From contig LSRY02000012.1 of assembly GCA_001643675.2 (NCBI GenBank), positions 496,001 to 560,000 of the forward strand: a DNA stretch of 64,000 nt, given 5' to 3'. Below the pieces are notes generated by a model. The model had not been told where the DNA came from. It worked only from the letters and a program-made list of their open reading frames with translations, and ran no database searches. Numbering within the stretch: position 1 is the stretch's first letter; every line of letters begins with the position of its first letter. Source of the stretch: Monocercomonoides exilis PA203. Lineage: Eukaryota > Protista > Preaxostyla. Below are positions 34,651 to 48,960 of the stretch, in pieces. A program made the translations under genes and the position numbers.

Positions 34651-37600
34651 TCATATGAATTGTTGAGCTTTGCGAAAAGCTGGCGAAACGTCCCAGATAG
34701 TAACATCTCCTGTTAAGGAGCCAGACACAAGAGCAGGAATAGTGACAGCTTCTCTCCTCTGGCCTTTGCTTGAGTTTCTCCACTGAGCACCTTCAGAATC
34801 CCTTCCACCTTCTCCGCCAGCTTGTGAGTCACGCATCGAAAACATTGGAGACGCAGCTGGTGGAGCTGGAGGAGAAACGCGTCGAAGGAGAAGAGCTGTG
34901 CCAAGAATTGATGAAGCATGTGGAATGGAATTTAACGGAACGAGCTTGAGAAGAGGAGACGGCTTCACAAAAGGCGAAGTGCTGTGAGTCGAAGAATTTG
35001 ATGCTTTTGAAGCATCATTTGAAGACTGTGAAGGAAATGAAGACGACGAGGAAGATGAAGTGCTCGAGATATTTGAAGTGGTTTGGTTCGATCCATTTGA
35101 TGAAGTGTGACCAGAAGGCGAAGTGGAGCGCTGAGCAGAAACAGAAGAAGAAGCAGCATTATCAGCTGCAGTTGAACTCTTTGCTGCATCTTTCGCTGCA
35201 TTCGATCTGTGCTGTTGTGAATGTGAATGAGAACGTGACTGAGGCTGAGGCTGTGGCATCCACAGTCTCACACACCCGTCTCTTGAAGCAGTAGCAATGA
35301 CATTGTCCTTCAGGAAGGATACCTGACAAGCCTCGTCCTTGTGCATGATTGTCGTGAGCACAGGATTTGGATAGCCAGACGTCCACTCCCAGAGCTTCAC
35401 TGTGCGGTCGCGCGAGGCCGAAGCCAGCAGCTGCAGGCGCCTTTTCCCAGGCGGCGCGGTGGGAGAGAACAGATAAGACTGAGTACACGAAGACATTCCA
35501 CATCCAGCTACTCCTTTATCTTCTCCCATGTTTGCAGCAGTCTGCCCATCTGGAATGTCTAAAGTGCCAAAATCGACTGAGGTGACAGCGTCTTTGTGTG
35601 CATCGAAGCGTCTGATGGGCCCTCCCCTCGACGAGCGGGCAGACTTGCGCAGATCCCAAATGACAACTGTGGCGTCGTCGCTTCCGGCGCCCAGCAGAAA
35701 AGGCTCCGTTGGATGCGAGGCAAGACAGAGCACGTCTGAAAAGTCCTTCATTTTCAGTGTGTCGAGGATTGTGCCGGTGGAAATATCGAACACGACGATC
35801 TTGGCAGTCCCGCCAACAGCAAGTGTTGTTGGAGAAAGCCAGCAACATGAGAAGATGGCAGAGTCAATGGAAGAAGAAGAAGAAGAAGTGGGAGAAGGGG
35901 AAGGGCTCATAAAAGAAGAAGTGGTTGTGAGATATGACTGTTGTGATGAGGCCTGTGATGTTGAACTGGACGGAATGAAAGACTGCCAGACACATTTCAT
36001 CTCATTCGCAAAGTCCCACAGCTTCAACTCTCCATTCTGTGCACACGTTGCCAGCAGCCTTGACATCACCTGTGGTTTTGGTTCTTCTTTCTGTCCTCTC
36101 TTTCTGAGCTTCCGGGGAAATGAAGTGGCTGCAGTGAACGAGAAAGGCGAGACAGCCACTGCAGTCACAGGTGCCATGTGTGCTCTGAAGACAAAGGGGT
36201 TCCAGCACGGCCAGCGAGGGAAAGAGGAAAGCCACTGGGTGCCTGAAGAAGACGGATTCAGAGAAGGATGCAAGAAAGGGTCGCTATCGAGAGAGGAAGT
36301 GAGGGAAGTTGGAGCAAACAGAGGGGATGAGAGGGTAAGTGCAGCGTTTACTGCGTCTTCGTACTCGGGCACTGTGACTGGGATGCTCCTCCCTTTCTTC
36401 TGGCGCATTGAAGAAAGAGGAGGTGAGTGCAAAGAAGGGCTGCCTACAACATTCTTTTCAGCTGAAGAGGAGGAAGATGAAGAAGAAGATGCAAAAGCAG
36501 AAACAGCAGAAAGTGCGATTCGCACACGCTTTGTGGGGCTGGAAGTGTTCACCGTCTTCTGCACAGGCGAGGCACAAGGGGATGCGTTGTACGAGGAAGA
36601 TACACTTAATCCTTTCTTCTCCATCGCCTCTTCAATTGCTGGCGGAAACCCGATCAGATCAATCGCCATTTCAGCATCGCTTTTGGGTGGTTTGACAGTT
36701 TCCTCGTCTTTTGCACGTTTTGTTTCCTTTGAAGATGAATAAGGCGAACGTGAGCGAGAAGGTGAAGGAGAACGAGATTTTGTTCTGGTTCTGCTGTTGG
36801 ACGAAGATGCTGTTTTTCTAGTTGGTGATGATGAAGATGATGAAGATGAAGATAAAGACGAAGAGGAGGAAGAAGAAGAAATTGAGGGTGAAGGCGAAGA
36901 AGGGAATTTTGCAGGAGGAGCAGTGCCTGAAGGAGACGTTGCAGTCAGAGCAGGAAATGGGGTTGTCTGGTTTAGCTGAGCATTCGACTGAGCAGGCCCT
37001 ATCGATTGAAAAGTGTAAGTTGTAATGGTCTTCGGCTTCTGTGGTGCCATCCGCACAGCTTTGCGCTCTCTTTCTTCTCTCTCCCGTTCGATCGCTGCTT
37101 GCTTCTCTTCCTCTTCTTTTCTTTTCTTCTCCTGCTCTTTGTCTTCTTCTCCAAGAATATCTGCCAAATCGCTCGGAATCTCCTCCACACCGTATCTGTC
37201 ATTCGGCGAGCGCATCTTCCCTTCTTTTCTCCCACTCCCCTTTCTGTTCCATTCTCCCATCCTCTCCTTCCTCTCTCCAATTCCCTCAAGGCTCGCCAAT
37301 GATCCGCTACTGCTACCTCCTCCGCTTCTTGTCAGTGTCAGCGTCGCTGGCTGCAATCCTGTTGTCAGATACGCAGATGTTGGATCATCCAGATCTGAAT
37401 CCCCGTCCTCTTCATTATCATCATCCGACGCAAACACCCCTCCTTCCTTTGCTTTCCCCTTTCCGCTGGTTGCCTCTTCCACTGTGCTCTCCTGCCTCCC
37501 GTGCTGCTTCATCCGTGGGCGATGCACCGACCACAGCCGCACAAACCCGCTGTGGTCGCCCGTCACAAAGTCGATCGGAGTCACCAGCTCGCCAGCAGAC

Positions 37601-40241
37601 GAGCGGTAGAAGTACAGCGACGTCGGCAAGTGCAGCGTGGATGAGTCTGTTTTTGAGGAGAAATGACCCTTTGAGCAGAACTGAGGGAGAAGAGGAGGCA
37701 GATACGACTGGAAGTGTGTGTTTTTGGCTGCTGCTGCAGCGTCTTGCCCGCCTGTTTTGTTCTCTGCAGCGAGTGCAGCCTCCTTCTCGATCTGTTTCAG
37801 CACCTTGCGCCGCTCATAGCGCTGCAGAAGATGGTACAGCTGGGACTGCCACAGCGGGACAGTTGGAACCAGACAGCGCAGAGTGGTGTTTGCGTGTGAG
37901 AGTACTTTTGATGAGCCTCCAGTTGTGTCAGAGGCAGAGGATTTGAACAGATAGTGAGTGATGGTGGGGACAAGTGGTGTGGCGGTGAATGTGATGAGAG
38001 AAGGAGGAGGCTGTGGGCGGATGGAAAGTAGAGAGGAGAGAACTGATGGCGGAAGAACTTCGGGTTTCACAGTTGATTTGGACAGCAAACGAGAAAGTTG
38101 AAGTTTATCGTTCAGATCCGATTCTTCGGACTTTGTTCTATCAACAGTTGAACCAGTTATCGATGCAGCTGTTGATGTGGATGATGGCATATTCATTGAA
38201 CGTGACAGGACAATTGAACTACGCACAGAAGAAGAAGAAGAAGAAGAAGAAGCAACGGGAGAATTCCCTCTCTGCCTCATCTCCTCCTTCCTCACTGCAT
38301 CCACAATGGCAGCCGATGACAGTGCAGTCATCACTGAGCTGTCGGTTGAGCTTCGCATCTTCGACTTCTGCGACGCTTTCCACCGGCCTCCCTCCGGGGA
38401 CTCGCTGCGCCTGCCGCTCTGGGCGTAGATGGTGGATGTGGTAGGCGCCATGAATGTGGGTACAGCAAGTGAGGCAGACACTTTGATCTCTTCGGGTGTG
38501 AGAGAAGGAGAGGCATCGAACTTCTGCTGGAGAAAGGGGGAGATGGGAGAGGAGAGGGAAAGCGCACTGGATGCAGAGAGGAGATCAGCAGAAGAGCGGA
38601 GATACGAACGGGAAAGACGGCGCGCGCCACTGGCTCTGGTTTGTGAATAACGCGAGGGAGAATGAGAAGGAGAAGGAGAGGAAGAGAACATGAAGGAGGA
38701 AGACGTAGAAACAAAAGAGACAGAGGAATTAGGGCGTGAGTAGCGTTTGAACTGAGTGTGAGGCTCGCTGCTGCTCTGTGGAGTGGACAGAGAAGACGCG
38801 TTGGGAGGCGAAGTGGAGCGGATGAGGGCAGGCGTGGTGGCTGCGGTGGAAGGGCGGCGAACCACAGGAACCTCAGAAATGGTCCTTGACTTTGAGGGAG
38901 TCAGGCGCGAGGAGGCAGAAGAGATGGAAGAGCGTGCAATGACTGGGCGGGTGCTGGTTTTAGAGCTTGGAGACAGCTTCTGAGCAGACGATGAACGAGA
39001 GGCGCGGTGCTTTGTGGAAGACAATGCAGAAGACGGGCGAGTCGCAAGCTGGACGGAAGATGAACGTGTGTGGCGTGTTGAGGTTCTGCTGAATTTGTTG
39101 TCTGCAGACGCTGCAGCAGTCTTTGGGCGCTTATGCACAGAGCGGCTGAGTGTGACAGAGGCTGAGCGCTTTCGTTTGCCTGCAGTGGAAAGTCGGGGAG
39201 ATGAGGATTCTATGGGTAGTGGGGTTGTTTGAGTTGATGATGAAGTGGCGGGTTCTGAATATGTTGGAAGAGAAGGAGCATCACTAACTGAAGAAGAAGA
39301 TGATGATGATGACGATGAGGATGATGATGATGAAAGAGAAGAAAGGGCAGTTTCCATTCTATCATAAATTGAAATGACGTCATTGAGCGTTGCGCCTTTA
39401 AACTTGTTGGTTGAAGCATCTGTTTTGCTGGCAGGAGGAGTTTCAAGAGAAGAATTTGTGTGGATTGTCTGAATCCATTCTGCACTTTCTTGTATAATCA
39501 TCATGAGATTTGCCAGATAGCCGTACAATGTCTTGCTTTCATAAAAATAAATTGGATTTTCCTTGTCTTCTTGTTTCTCTTCGTTCAAAAAATCAATAAC
39601 CTCGCTCAACAAGCTATCGGCTGACGAAGAATCTGGATTTGAAATATCAGCAAGCTCTTCCAGTTGGGAGATGTAGTTATTTATCATGGACTAGTACAAA
39701 TATGAGAAAAGATCAATGATTTTCATTTAAAACATATTTTTTTGAATATAAATTTAAAAAGTCATACAAGTCGGTTTTCTGCTTGTAACTTTTCATTAGC
39801 AAGAACAGATTTGGGACGGGATTTTACTTCACTTTGCATTTTCCTTGACAACTGTAGAGTTGCTTCTCGACTTTTTTTCTCTTTTGATATGCAAAAAAGA
39901 AGTTGTGATATTGAATGCTTTAATCTTTTTTTCTCTTTTTCCAGTTGAGGCATATCCGCTTCTTGTCCCAATGCATTTGAGTCAATAGACTTGAGTTTTC
40001 TTTCTACAGTTTCGAAAAATTCTTTTTCTTCAGTGGCAGTCTCGATTGTATCGTTGATGACTTGATTCAGCCTTTCAGTTTGAAAGCATTCTAAATATGA
40101 AGTCTTTGTTTGGGTAGATCTTTCAAGGCGCTCGAGTTCATCCAAAATTCTATTGATTTTTTGAGTGTTGGATTTTATGTAATTTTCTCTTGAAGTATTA
40201 TTATATTTTATTGATTTTCCCTTTGATTGTTGATTAATCAT
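34651..40241 (-). CDS. Large WD40-repeat protein with N-terminal coiled coil and Ser-rich linkers, about 1837 aa, 2 exons
   Basis: ORF 40241-39768 joins 39690-34651 through a phase-0 GT-AG intron (39767-39691). WD motifs include AHMAPVTAVAVSP, GELKLWD, GSDDATVVIWD, AHKDAVTSVDF, ASRDRTVKLWE, ASRDGCVRLW and GSLTGDVTIWD. Confidence 0.8.
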
Positions 40242-40450
40242 TTAATAATCTTACAAATATGCGAGAACAAAATAATGTGATGATATTTGCGTGGGTGTAT
40301 TATTCACTTCGCTGATGCTATCTTCAAATAAAAAATAACTTTAAATAAAAAAATTCTTGTTGGGGGACTGATCTTTAATCCAAAAATATATCCCTGGTTG
40401 GCATAGATCTTATCCGAAAGTTTTCAATCGGCTTTCTCTGTTTATTCTGA

Positions 40451-43400
40451 ATGGAGAGGCAAAAGCAAATTGTTCTTTCGCATTTAAAATATATAATTAC
40501 ACAGATTACTGAGGAAAATTTTGCAAGATACGCAGTTGAGCTTGATGCTGTTTGCGTTTAAATATTTTGTATTTTTCCGTGTATTGTAAATTTTTCTGCA
40601 TCTGCATTAATTTTTTACAACACACATATATTTCCTGTAATTGCAACATGGGCTGAAATGCGTTGATATTGGCTATGTATTAAATTTTCGTTAAAAATTA
40701 TATATTTTCCATTTTTAGATTTTATCAACCGTTGATGACCAATGTTATTTGCAGTATCTTATTGCGCTCGTGAATTCTATTGATTGGAGAAAAGATACTA
40801 CAGCAACTGACCAAAAGCTTGTTCTTTTGGCTCATGATCTTCGTTCGATGCTTAACTGCGAAAATCGAACTGAAATGATGACCCGCCTTTTTGAAGAATC
40901 TTCCTTATCAACATATGTTAAATATGATAATTTTTTCCATTCGTTTGGAGCACTTCTCCAATTGAATGTTACTGAAATGATTTTGATCACCCTATCATTA
41001 ACTCATTCATTGAACAGAGAAATTCGAAGGAAAGCCAAAGAAGTACTTTTTGAATTCCTTCAGCGATGTCAACCTAACTTTTCTTTGTTTCCACAAGAAA
41101 TTATTCGTGAAGTTCTGTCACATCTTCATCAACATCTTCTCATGCTCCATTTGATTCAGACACTTTTGCAGCACTTTGTAGCCAGCCTTTCTCCTCCAAC
41201 GCAAGTTTTGGCTATGTTAACTCCAGCAGAAAGACAAGCTAATATTCATCGTTTGAAGGATGCATTTTTTGCGTCATTGCCAGAATCACTCCAAAACGAG
41301 ATGGATGATGATGGCCAGCCTTTCGATATGGCCAAAACAGCCCATCTTATACGAATCCTGTCTCGCACAGCAGGAGAAAGCGCGCTCATTGCATCAATGC
41401 GAACGCCAGACTCAGTCGCTCCGCTGCCAACATTGCCGCATATTTTGAATCTTCCTTTGCTTTCTGATCAGACTGTCTTTAACACTCGGTGGAAAGTGTC
41501 ACAAGAGACGATAACTGTCCCCATCACTGCGCCATTCAGCTTGCAGCAGTCAGAAGAAGCACCCCCGCTCACAATTGAATATCCTGTGTCTTCATTTCTG
41601 GTGTCGTCAGTGCTTTCTTCTATTCCTCTGTCTTCCATCGTCTTCAACATTGGGCCTCAGCTCTTCGCGGAAACTTCAATCACATCATCATCACTATCTC
41701 CTTCATCGCATAGCACATCAAACGTATCTGCTTCTTCCCTGGCGCCTTGCACAACTGCACGTCTCCGCAATCTCCTTTCCCGCAACTGGCTTCAAATCGA
41801 TCTTCTTTCGTCTTCTTCTTCTGAAAGACACTCAAACTCATCATGTGCACCACTGCCGTGTGATGATGCTGCCTATGGCAATGTTGGAGAGCTTGTTGCA
41901 GCTGTGATGAAGGATATATCTGAGCGTGTCCTGGCGCTTGATTCAAACAGCAATAAGGGAAAGACACCAGGTAGATTGACTAGTGAATCGAACAATGCCA
42001 ATCTTCGATCAACTGAAGAACGAGAAATTGACAGCCTTGTTTCTATCTGGAACGCCAAGAACTGTGCTGCTGCGCTTGTCACGCTTCTGCCTTCTTTATC
42101 TGCTGCTGACATTCTTCTTCTGTTGGATCGCCCTCAAGTGACTTGCCCGTCTCTGGCTGCGTTTTGCTGGCTGTGCAAGTTGCTGAGTGAAGTGACTGAG
42201 CTGAGAAACCAAAAGGGGCATACAAAAACAGCACCTTTCCCGTTTGAAGCTTTGTTTACAGTCAATTCTGAGACACTGAAGATGTGTGCGGCTAAAAGAG
42301 CAGAGGAAGGAAGAGAAGCAGAAACATTGTGGAACAATAGAGAACTGCAATTGTCTTTGATAGAGCTGTCATTGGAAGCCCCTTCTACTTATATTTCATA
42401 TGAAGACATACCAAACAGCTTCAGCAGAGTGACAAAGACTGATTTGGTTAGAGTTATTACAGAGGCAGTTGAAGAGAAGAAAGAGAAAGGAAGTGATTGT
42501 CCATTGGATGTTGTGGAGATGTTGCTGACACTGTTTGCACTGGCTGCTCCGTTGAATGCAGCGCCTGTTGTGTGCAATGAAGATGTTGTCATAGATGATG
42601 CATTGAATGTGAAGAGGATGAGGGAAGAGAATGAAAAGGCTACAAGAACAGATGGAATGGATGATGTTGATGATGATGAAGATGGTGATGAAAACAATAA
42701 ATCGATTCAAAATACTTCTTCTCTGTCAGATAGAGTGTTCACAATTATCACAGATCTCGCTAAGACTTCACCAAAAATCGTTGCATCTGCTATTTTGCTG
42801 TTATCTGCACCAGAAAAGAGTCCATTAACAACAACTGTTCCGATCTGCCGAATTCTTCCATATTTCTCATTTTCTGTGCCTTTTCTCTTCTGCGAATCTG
42901 TTCTTGCTGTGTGTTTGCCTTCACTTTTGGCTTCAGTAGCAACAACTGCTTCTTCTTCTGCTGCTTCTTCAACCTCCAATCTTCTTAGCATCTATGCCTC
43001 GTATTGCCCTGATATTCTTCTCCGTTCTCTTTCTATCCTTCACTCAGCAGATCGCCGTTGGACATCATTCATCGCATCATTTTTGAGAACGCAGCCTCAA
43101 CTTGCCAAAATTGCACTGTCATTGAATGTGCCATCACAATCAATAGGCAATAAAGACACAGAGAAAGAAACTAAGTTAAAAACTAGTCAAAATGAATTGT
43201 ATGGAAGCAGATGTATCAATCAACTTATCAGAAGAAGCATATCTCCAATGCTTGTATTCGATGTAGTCGCATGTGAAGCGATGCTTCCTCCAAGCAATAG
43301 CAGCAATGGCAGTAATAATAATAACAATAATAGTAACAGTAAAATGGAGTGGCTGAATGCAAGTGAATGGGCAGCACAGGTGCTAAAGGCGTTTGGCTCA

Positions 43401-46400
43401 TCAGGCGATTCAGTAAGTGCAGAGGAGGATGAGGAAGAAGCAGAAGAAACAGAGAAAGAAGAAAAGAAAGGAAGATATCTGCAGTTTGAGCATTTTGTGT
43501 TTTATTGTGCGATGTTTATTAGAAGATGGCTGGATAATAACAAGAATAGCAATAATAAAAATGTAAGTGAAGGTGAAAAGCATAAAGAAGGAAGTCATTC
43601 AATGGGAAACAAAGGGCATGGTAACAATGATACCGATACTTTCATGGAAATGCTTCGAAATTTCTCAATCAAAAAATGTTCAGTTCTTTCAACATCTTCT
43701 TCTTCTTCTTCTTCTTCTTTCTCAAAAGCACAACAAATTTCTTCTTTCCCCCCAAATTCATTGACTCCTCTGCATCAGCCTCTTCTCAGCATGCTTTCTG
43801 AGCTTATGTCTGCTGGTGAGTCTGTCATTCAGCCTTTGCTATCCAAAATAATCAAAGAGACTGTTAAAGCAGCAGAAGCGGGGAATTCAAAAACGGCTGG
43901 CTCTGCTTCTTCTTCATCTTCCTCCTCTTCTTCTATTGATGAGGATAAATTTGATAGAAACACGATATTTGGTGATGAAGATTTGATGTTGGATGCCTGG
44001 AACATGCTTTTCCCTGCTCTTTCCATTGACATGGGTGAATATACAGAGCATGGCTTGCCATTCAACAGTATCTCTTTTTGTTCCATCGGAAATTCATTGA
44101 AGAAGAAGAAATCTTCTTCTTCTTCTTCTTCTTCAGTAGCATCTGCTCATCCATTCTATTATTCAGCTGCTTTGCTGCATTTTGTAAAGTTATGTCACAC
44201 AAATGTAGACACATCTGATAGAGTGAAAGATAACATACAAGCAGAAGCACAATCTTCTTCTATTTCTTCTTCTGTACAAAACAATGAAAAAATCAAGAAT
44301 TCGAAAGTTAAGCCCAACAATGCCAATAAGCCTAATAATTCTCATAATTGTAACAAAAATAACAAACGAACAGGGAAAGAGCACCGACATATCCATCATC
44401 GATCAAGCATAGCTGAAGATCACAATGATAGCGAGGCTGATGAGGAAGAGGATGAAGAAGACGAAGATGGAGAAGGAGAAGGAGAAGGAGAAGGAGATAT
44501 AGAGGGAGAAAAGGAAGATGAATCTGAAGGCAGTGAAAGTGGAGAAGGAGGAAATGGTGAAGCAGAAGCGGAGGAAGAAGAATATGATGATGATGATGAT
44601 TCCATTGAAGAGTCCAATGCAGATTCACAATCACATTCTGCACCTTGTTCGCTCACCATCTTCCACTTCCCAGCTGTTGATACGACTCGATTCACTTCTT
44701 CTCATCCATCATCATCAACAACTTCTTCTTCCTCCTCCTCCTCTTCCTCTTCCTCTTCTTCTGATACAAACATAGCTCGCCCTTCTGTCTCTGCTAATCC
44801 CACACCTTCATCTGCGCAGCCAGCTGAGCCATCAAATGCTGCTATGCAACCTCCTCGTCAATCTCCTGATGCTTCTTCTTCATCATCATCATCATCACGA
44901 AACACACCTGCCTCTGTCATAAGCAACAATACTCAGAATTATCCATCTTCTTCTCCTGCCTCTTCTGCCTCTTCTGCTTCTTCTGCTTCTTCTTCTCATC
45001 CTTCTCCCTCTGATTCCACTTCAACCACAAAATCTTCCTCTTCTTCTTCTTCTTCTTCTCCCTCTTCTTCTTCCTCCTCCTCTTCCTCTTCTCCTTCTCC
45101 TTCTCCCCCCATCTCCCAGCAGCAAGTCGAAGAAACAGTCAACCGCCACTTCCAGCAGTACTTCAACCAGCAGCTCTCCTGCGACGACCTCATCGCCATC
45201 ATCACCCGCTGGAAGGAGACAGCTTCACACTCAACCTCTCCCTCAGCCGAAGCCCAGCTCCACTCAGCACTCACCAACCAGCTCATTCAAGAGCTCCATT
45301 TCTTGCCTCAGTTCCCCCAGCAGTCATTGAGCTGGATATTGGATCTGTTAGGACAGCTGTACAACCGCTCTCTGTTTGCCCCCTCGCAGACTCAGGCCAT
45401 CCTCTCCTTTGATCTGCACTGCCTGGGACAGCCTGTAGACACACCTGATTTTGAAGTCGGGGTGGGAATTTTGCACAGAATATCAGCATTTGCCATCGGA
45501 AACGATGCATTTTGTGAAGCACTTGTGGCAAACCAGACGCTCCGGGCATCGCACGCAGCGTTTGTGGAAGGGGTGGAGAGGAGGCTGATGCAGAGGAGGA
45601 GAGAAAGAGAAGGGAGAGAAGGGAGAGAAGGAAGAGGAGAAATAAAGGAGGTTAGAGAAAGAGAAGTTGCACAGCCATCTCCCTTGAGACCACAGTTATC
45701 ATTGTCTTATGCTCCTTCTTCTTCTTCTGCTACTTCTTCTTCTTCTCATCCAGTTTCTGCAGCTGGAACAACAACATCTTCTTCCTCTTCTTCTTCTATG
45801 ACCCCTAATGCACTGTCTAACTCACAATCTTCCATAGCATCTTCTTCTTCTTCTTCATTCACCCCACAATCCATGTCTTCTCCCTCTCAGCAGCAGAAAA
45901 ACTTATCTCAAATGCCCAACTTCACTCAATCTGATCAGCATCGTATGCAACAGACTGTCACTTCATCTTCCTCTTCTCCTTCTCCTTCTTCTTCTTCTTC
46001 TTCCCAGCAACCTCTTCCCATCGCATCTTTATCTTCTCTTTCTCGTACTGCTCCTCCATTCGTCGCCTCTCCACACCAACAGGCAGTCAAAATGCAGCAG
46101 TCTTCTGCACTAACACCACAATCATCCTCTTCCTCTTCCTCTTCCTCTTCTTCCTCCTCTTCCTCTTCCTCTTTACCTCATCAACGCCCTTTATCTGCTT
46201 CATCTTCCATTTCTCCTTCTCCCTCTCAATCGCAATCACAATCACTGCAGTCACAAGGCCAGCATCTTCCACAGCAATCATTACAGCTCTCTCAACAGCA
46301 GCAGCAACAACAACAACAAATACAGAACAATGCGAGTAAACTGAAGAATTCATCAGGAATGCCCACTGTAACATTGTCAACGAATGCTCCGCCGTATCAT

Positions 46401-46533
46401 CAACCGTCTTTTCTCTCGGGTGGATATTCTTCTGCTTCTTCTTCCTCTTCCTCTTCCTCTCCTTCATCCTCCACACCTTATTATCCTCTTTCTACTTCTT
46501 CTTCTTCTTCTTCCTCTCTCTCTTCTTCCCAGC

Positions 46534-46567
<34 letters not shown>

Positions 46568-48929
46568 TCGTTCTCAATCCATCTCCTCTCTCCAGCAGCA
46601 GCAGCAGAGCGATATTATGTCCTATTCGCCCACCATGTCCCCTTCGCATTCCTTCTTCACTCAGCAAAGCTTTCCTGCCTTGCCTTCTTCACGAAGCCAG
46701 CAGAATCAACAGCAACAAATGCATAGCCAATCTCTTCATCCGCAACAACAACAACAATTGAATGCACAGATGAAAGAAGAAGCGCAGGCAATGATGAGCC
46801 TGAAGCAGCAGGTGAGGCAGTCCCAGCTGCTCCACATGCAGTCACACCAGATGGCTGGCTCATATGTTGGCAGTCTAAACAGCATGAATAACATGAACAA
46901 TATGAACAGCATGAATAACATGAGCAATATGAACTCTTCCAGCAGCAGTCTTTCCTCTGCCATCGCCCCACAGGCCATGCACTCCCTCCAGTTCCCTTCT
47001 TTCTCCCCTATGAGCAACATGAGTGGCATGAGTGGCATGAACAGCATGGGTTCTTCTCCTTCCCCGACCCCTCTCTCTGCTCAATCCAGTTCTTCTGTCT
47101 ATCATCACTCTCAGTCCCCTTCACCTGCCCCTAGCTCTGCTTCTGCTTCTGCCTCTTCTTCTTCTTCTTCTTCTTCTTCTGGTGTTGGTTCTGGTGCTGC
47201 TCCTCCATCCATCGCCCCTTCTGTGCCCATCCCCATCCCTTATCGTGCCTCCTTTCTGGATGTCTCTTCGTTCCCCATCATGTCTTCCCTGCCCCCTCCA
47301 ATTCCTTTGCTCCCTTCTTCTGTTCTCCTCATCCACCAGACTGCTCCTATTGATATACCCTCTACCTCTTTCATCATCAAAATGAGCAAAATCTTCGCAT
47401 CCATCGGCAAAGAGCCCAAGCCCAGCCTCATCATCGCCCTGGACGACGCCATCTGCGAAGAGCAGCATAAGCAGAACATGGCATACACGCACTACAAAAA
47501 GGAGAGGCAGAAGATGAAACTTGCAGCAGCAGCACAAGCAGCAGCACAAGCAGCAGCAGAAGAAAGAGGGGGCAAAAGCATCCAATCGCCATATGCCCAC
47601 CCAATGCAGACGAATGCCCTGGGCAGTGTAAACTCCCCTTCAGTCTCCCCCTCCATCACGCCGACCTCTCCTTCCTCCAGCATCTCCAACCAGACTGGCC
47701 TCTCATCCCCTTCCAGCAGCGAGTCCTTCTATTTGAGCGCCTCTTCACACAGCGTGCTCGCCCAGCCAGACATCATCGACTTCATAGCGAAGTACCTTGT
47801 CATCCAGCGCATTGTGCAGGAGGATGCGACACAGCACAAGAACTACTGCCAGGCGCTGGAGATGACGCAGTCAGCGCTGCTGAAGAAGAGGGTGCTCGAT
47901 GAATGCTACGAATGCGCTAAGACACTCATCTACTACGACTACCCCCAGTCTGACAGCAGCGAGCAGAGAGCAATTTCTGCTTCTTCTCTTTCTTCTTCTT
48001 CCTCTTCTTCTGCCTCTGCCTCAGTCACTCCCTTCTCCCCCGGCCTCTCCTCAGTCACCGCCTCCCCCACCCACTCCCCAACCCCTGTCTCTGCCCACAT
48101 GTCCTCACACCCCACTCTCTCCAGCGGCTACTCCTCAGAAAGAAAACACTTAAGAGCATTGGGACAGTTCATCGGCCTCGCCACCATCGCCAGCAACAAG
48201 CCAATCTTACACCGCTCGCTCGATTTAAAGGGAGTTCTGCTTTATTCCTACCAGACAGGGAAACTGAGCTTCGTGTTTCCCTTTGTCTGCCGCATTCTTC
48301 AGGCCACGCAGTTGTCGAGTGTGTTCACGCTGAAGCAGCCATGGGTCTCAGCCATCTTCGCCTTGTTGAAGGAGATTACTACATTGCCACTGAAGCAGTC
48401 AATCCAGTTCGAATTCAACATGCTCTGCAAAGTGCTCCAGATAAGGCCGATGATGCTGACTCCTGCTTCGCAATCATCTTCTTCCTCTTCCTCGTCTTCT
48501 TCTTTCTCGTCGTCATCATCTTCTTCTTCGATGAAGGAAAAAGAAAAAAGAAAAGATAAAGACAAAACAAAGATCAAAGACGATAAAGATTCATCTTCTC
48601 TTTCTTCCTCCTCTTCCTCATCTTCTTCTTCTTCCTCCTCAAATAGCGATCACTCCCACTCCTCCTCCCTCAAAGACGCCCGCCAAAGAGATGACGGCGA
48701 CTCCGCAAAGGAGAACACACGCTATTCTCTGTCATTGTCCAGCTCTTTGCACGGCAGGCTTCCGATGCTGCCCATCCTCATTCAACAGCGCTGTGAAGAG
48801 ACAAAGAAACTGCTGACAGCTCATCGCATGCAGATCGACCCATCAACAAACCCGGATCTCGAGTGGGGGACTGTTAGCTCTGCGTTGAAGGCACTTTCGG
48901 CTGCTTCTGCTTCTTCTTCTTCTTCTTCG

Positions 48930-48960
<31 letters not shown>

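Noticed and set aside
39762-40241. Separate 159-aa coiled-coil gene
   Set aside because: A phase-0 GT-AG intron at 39767-39691 joins it to the WD40 ORF.
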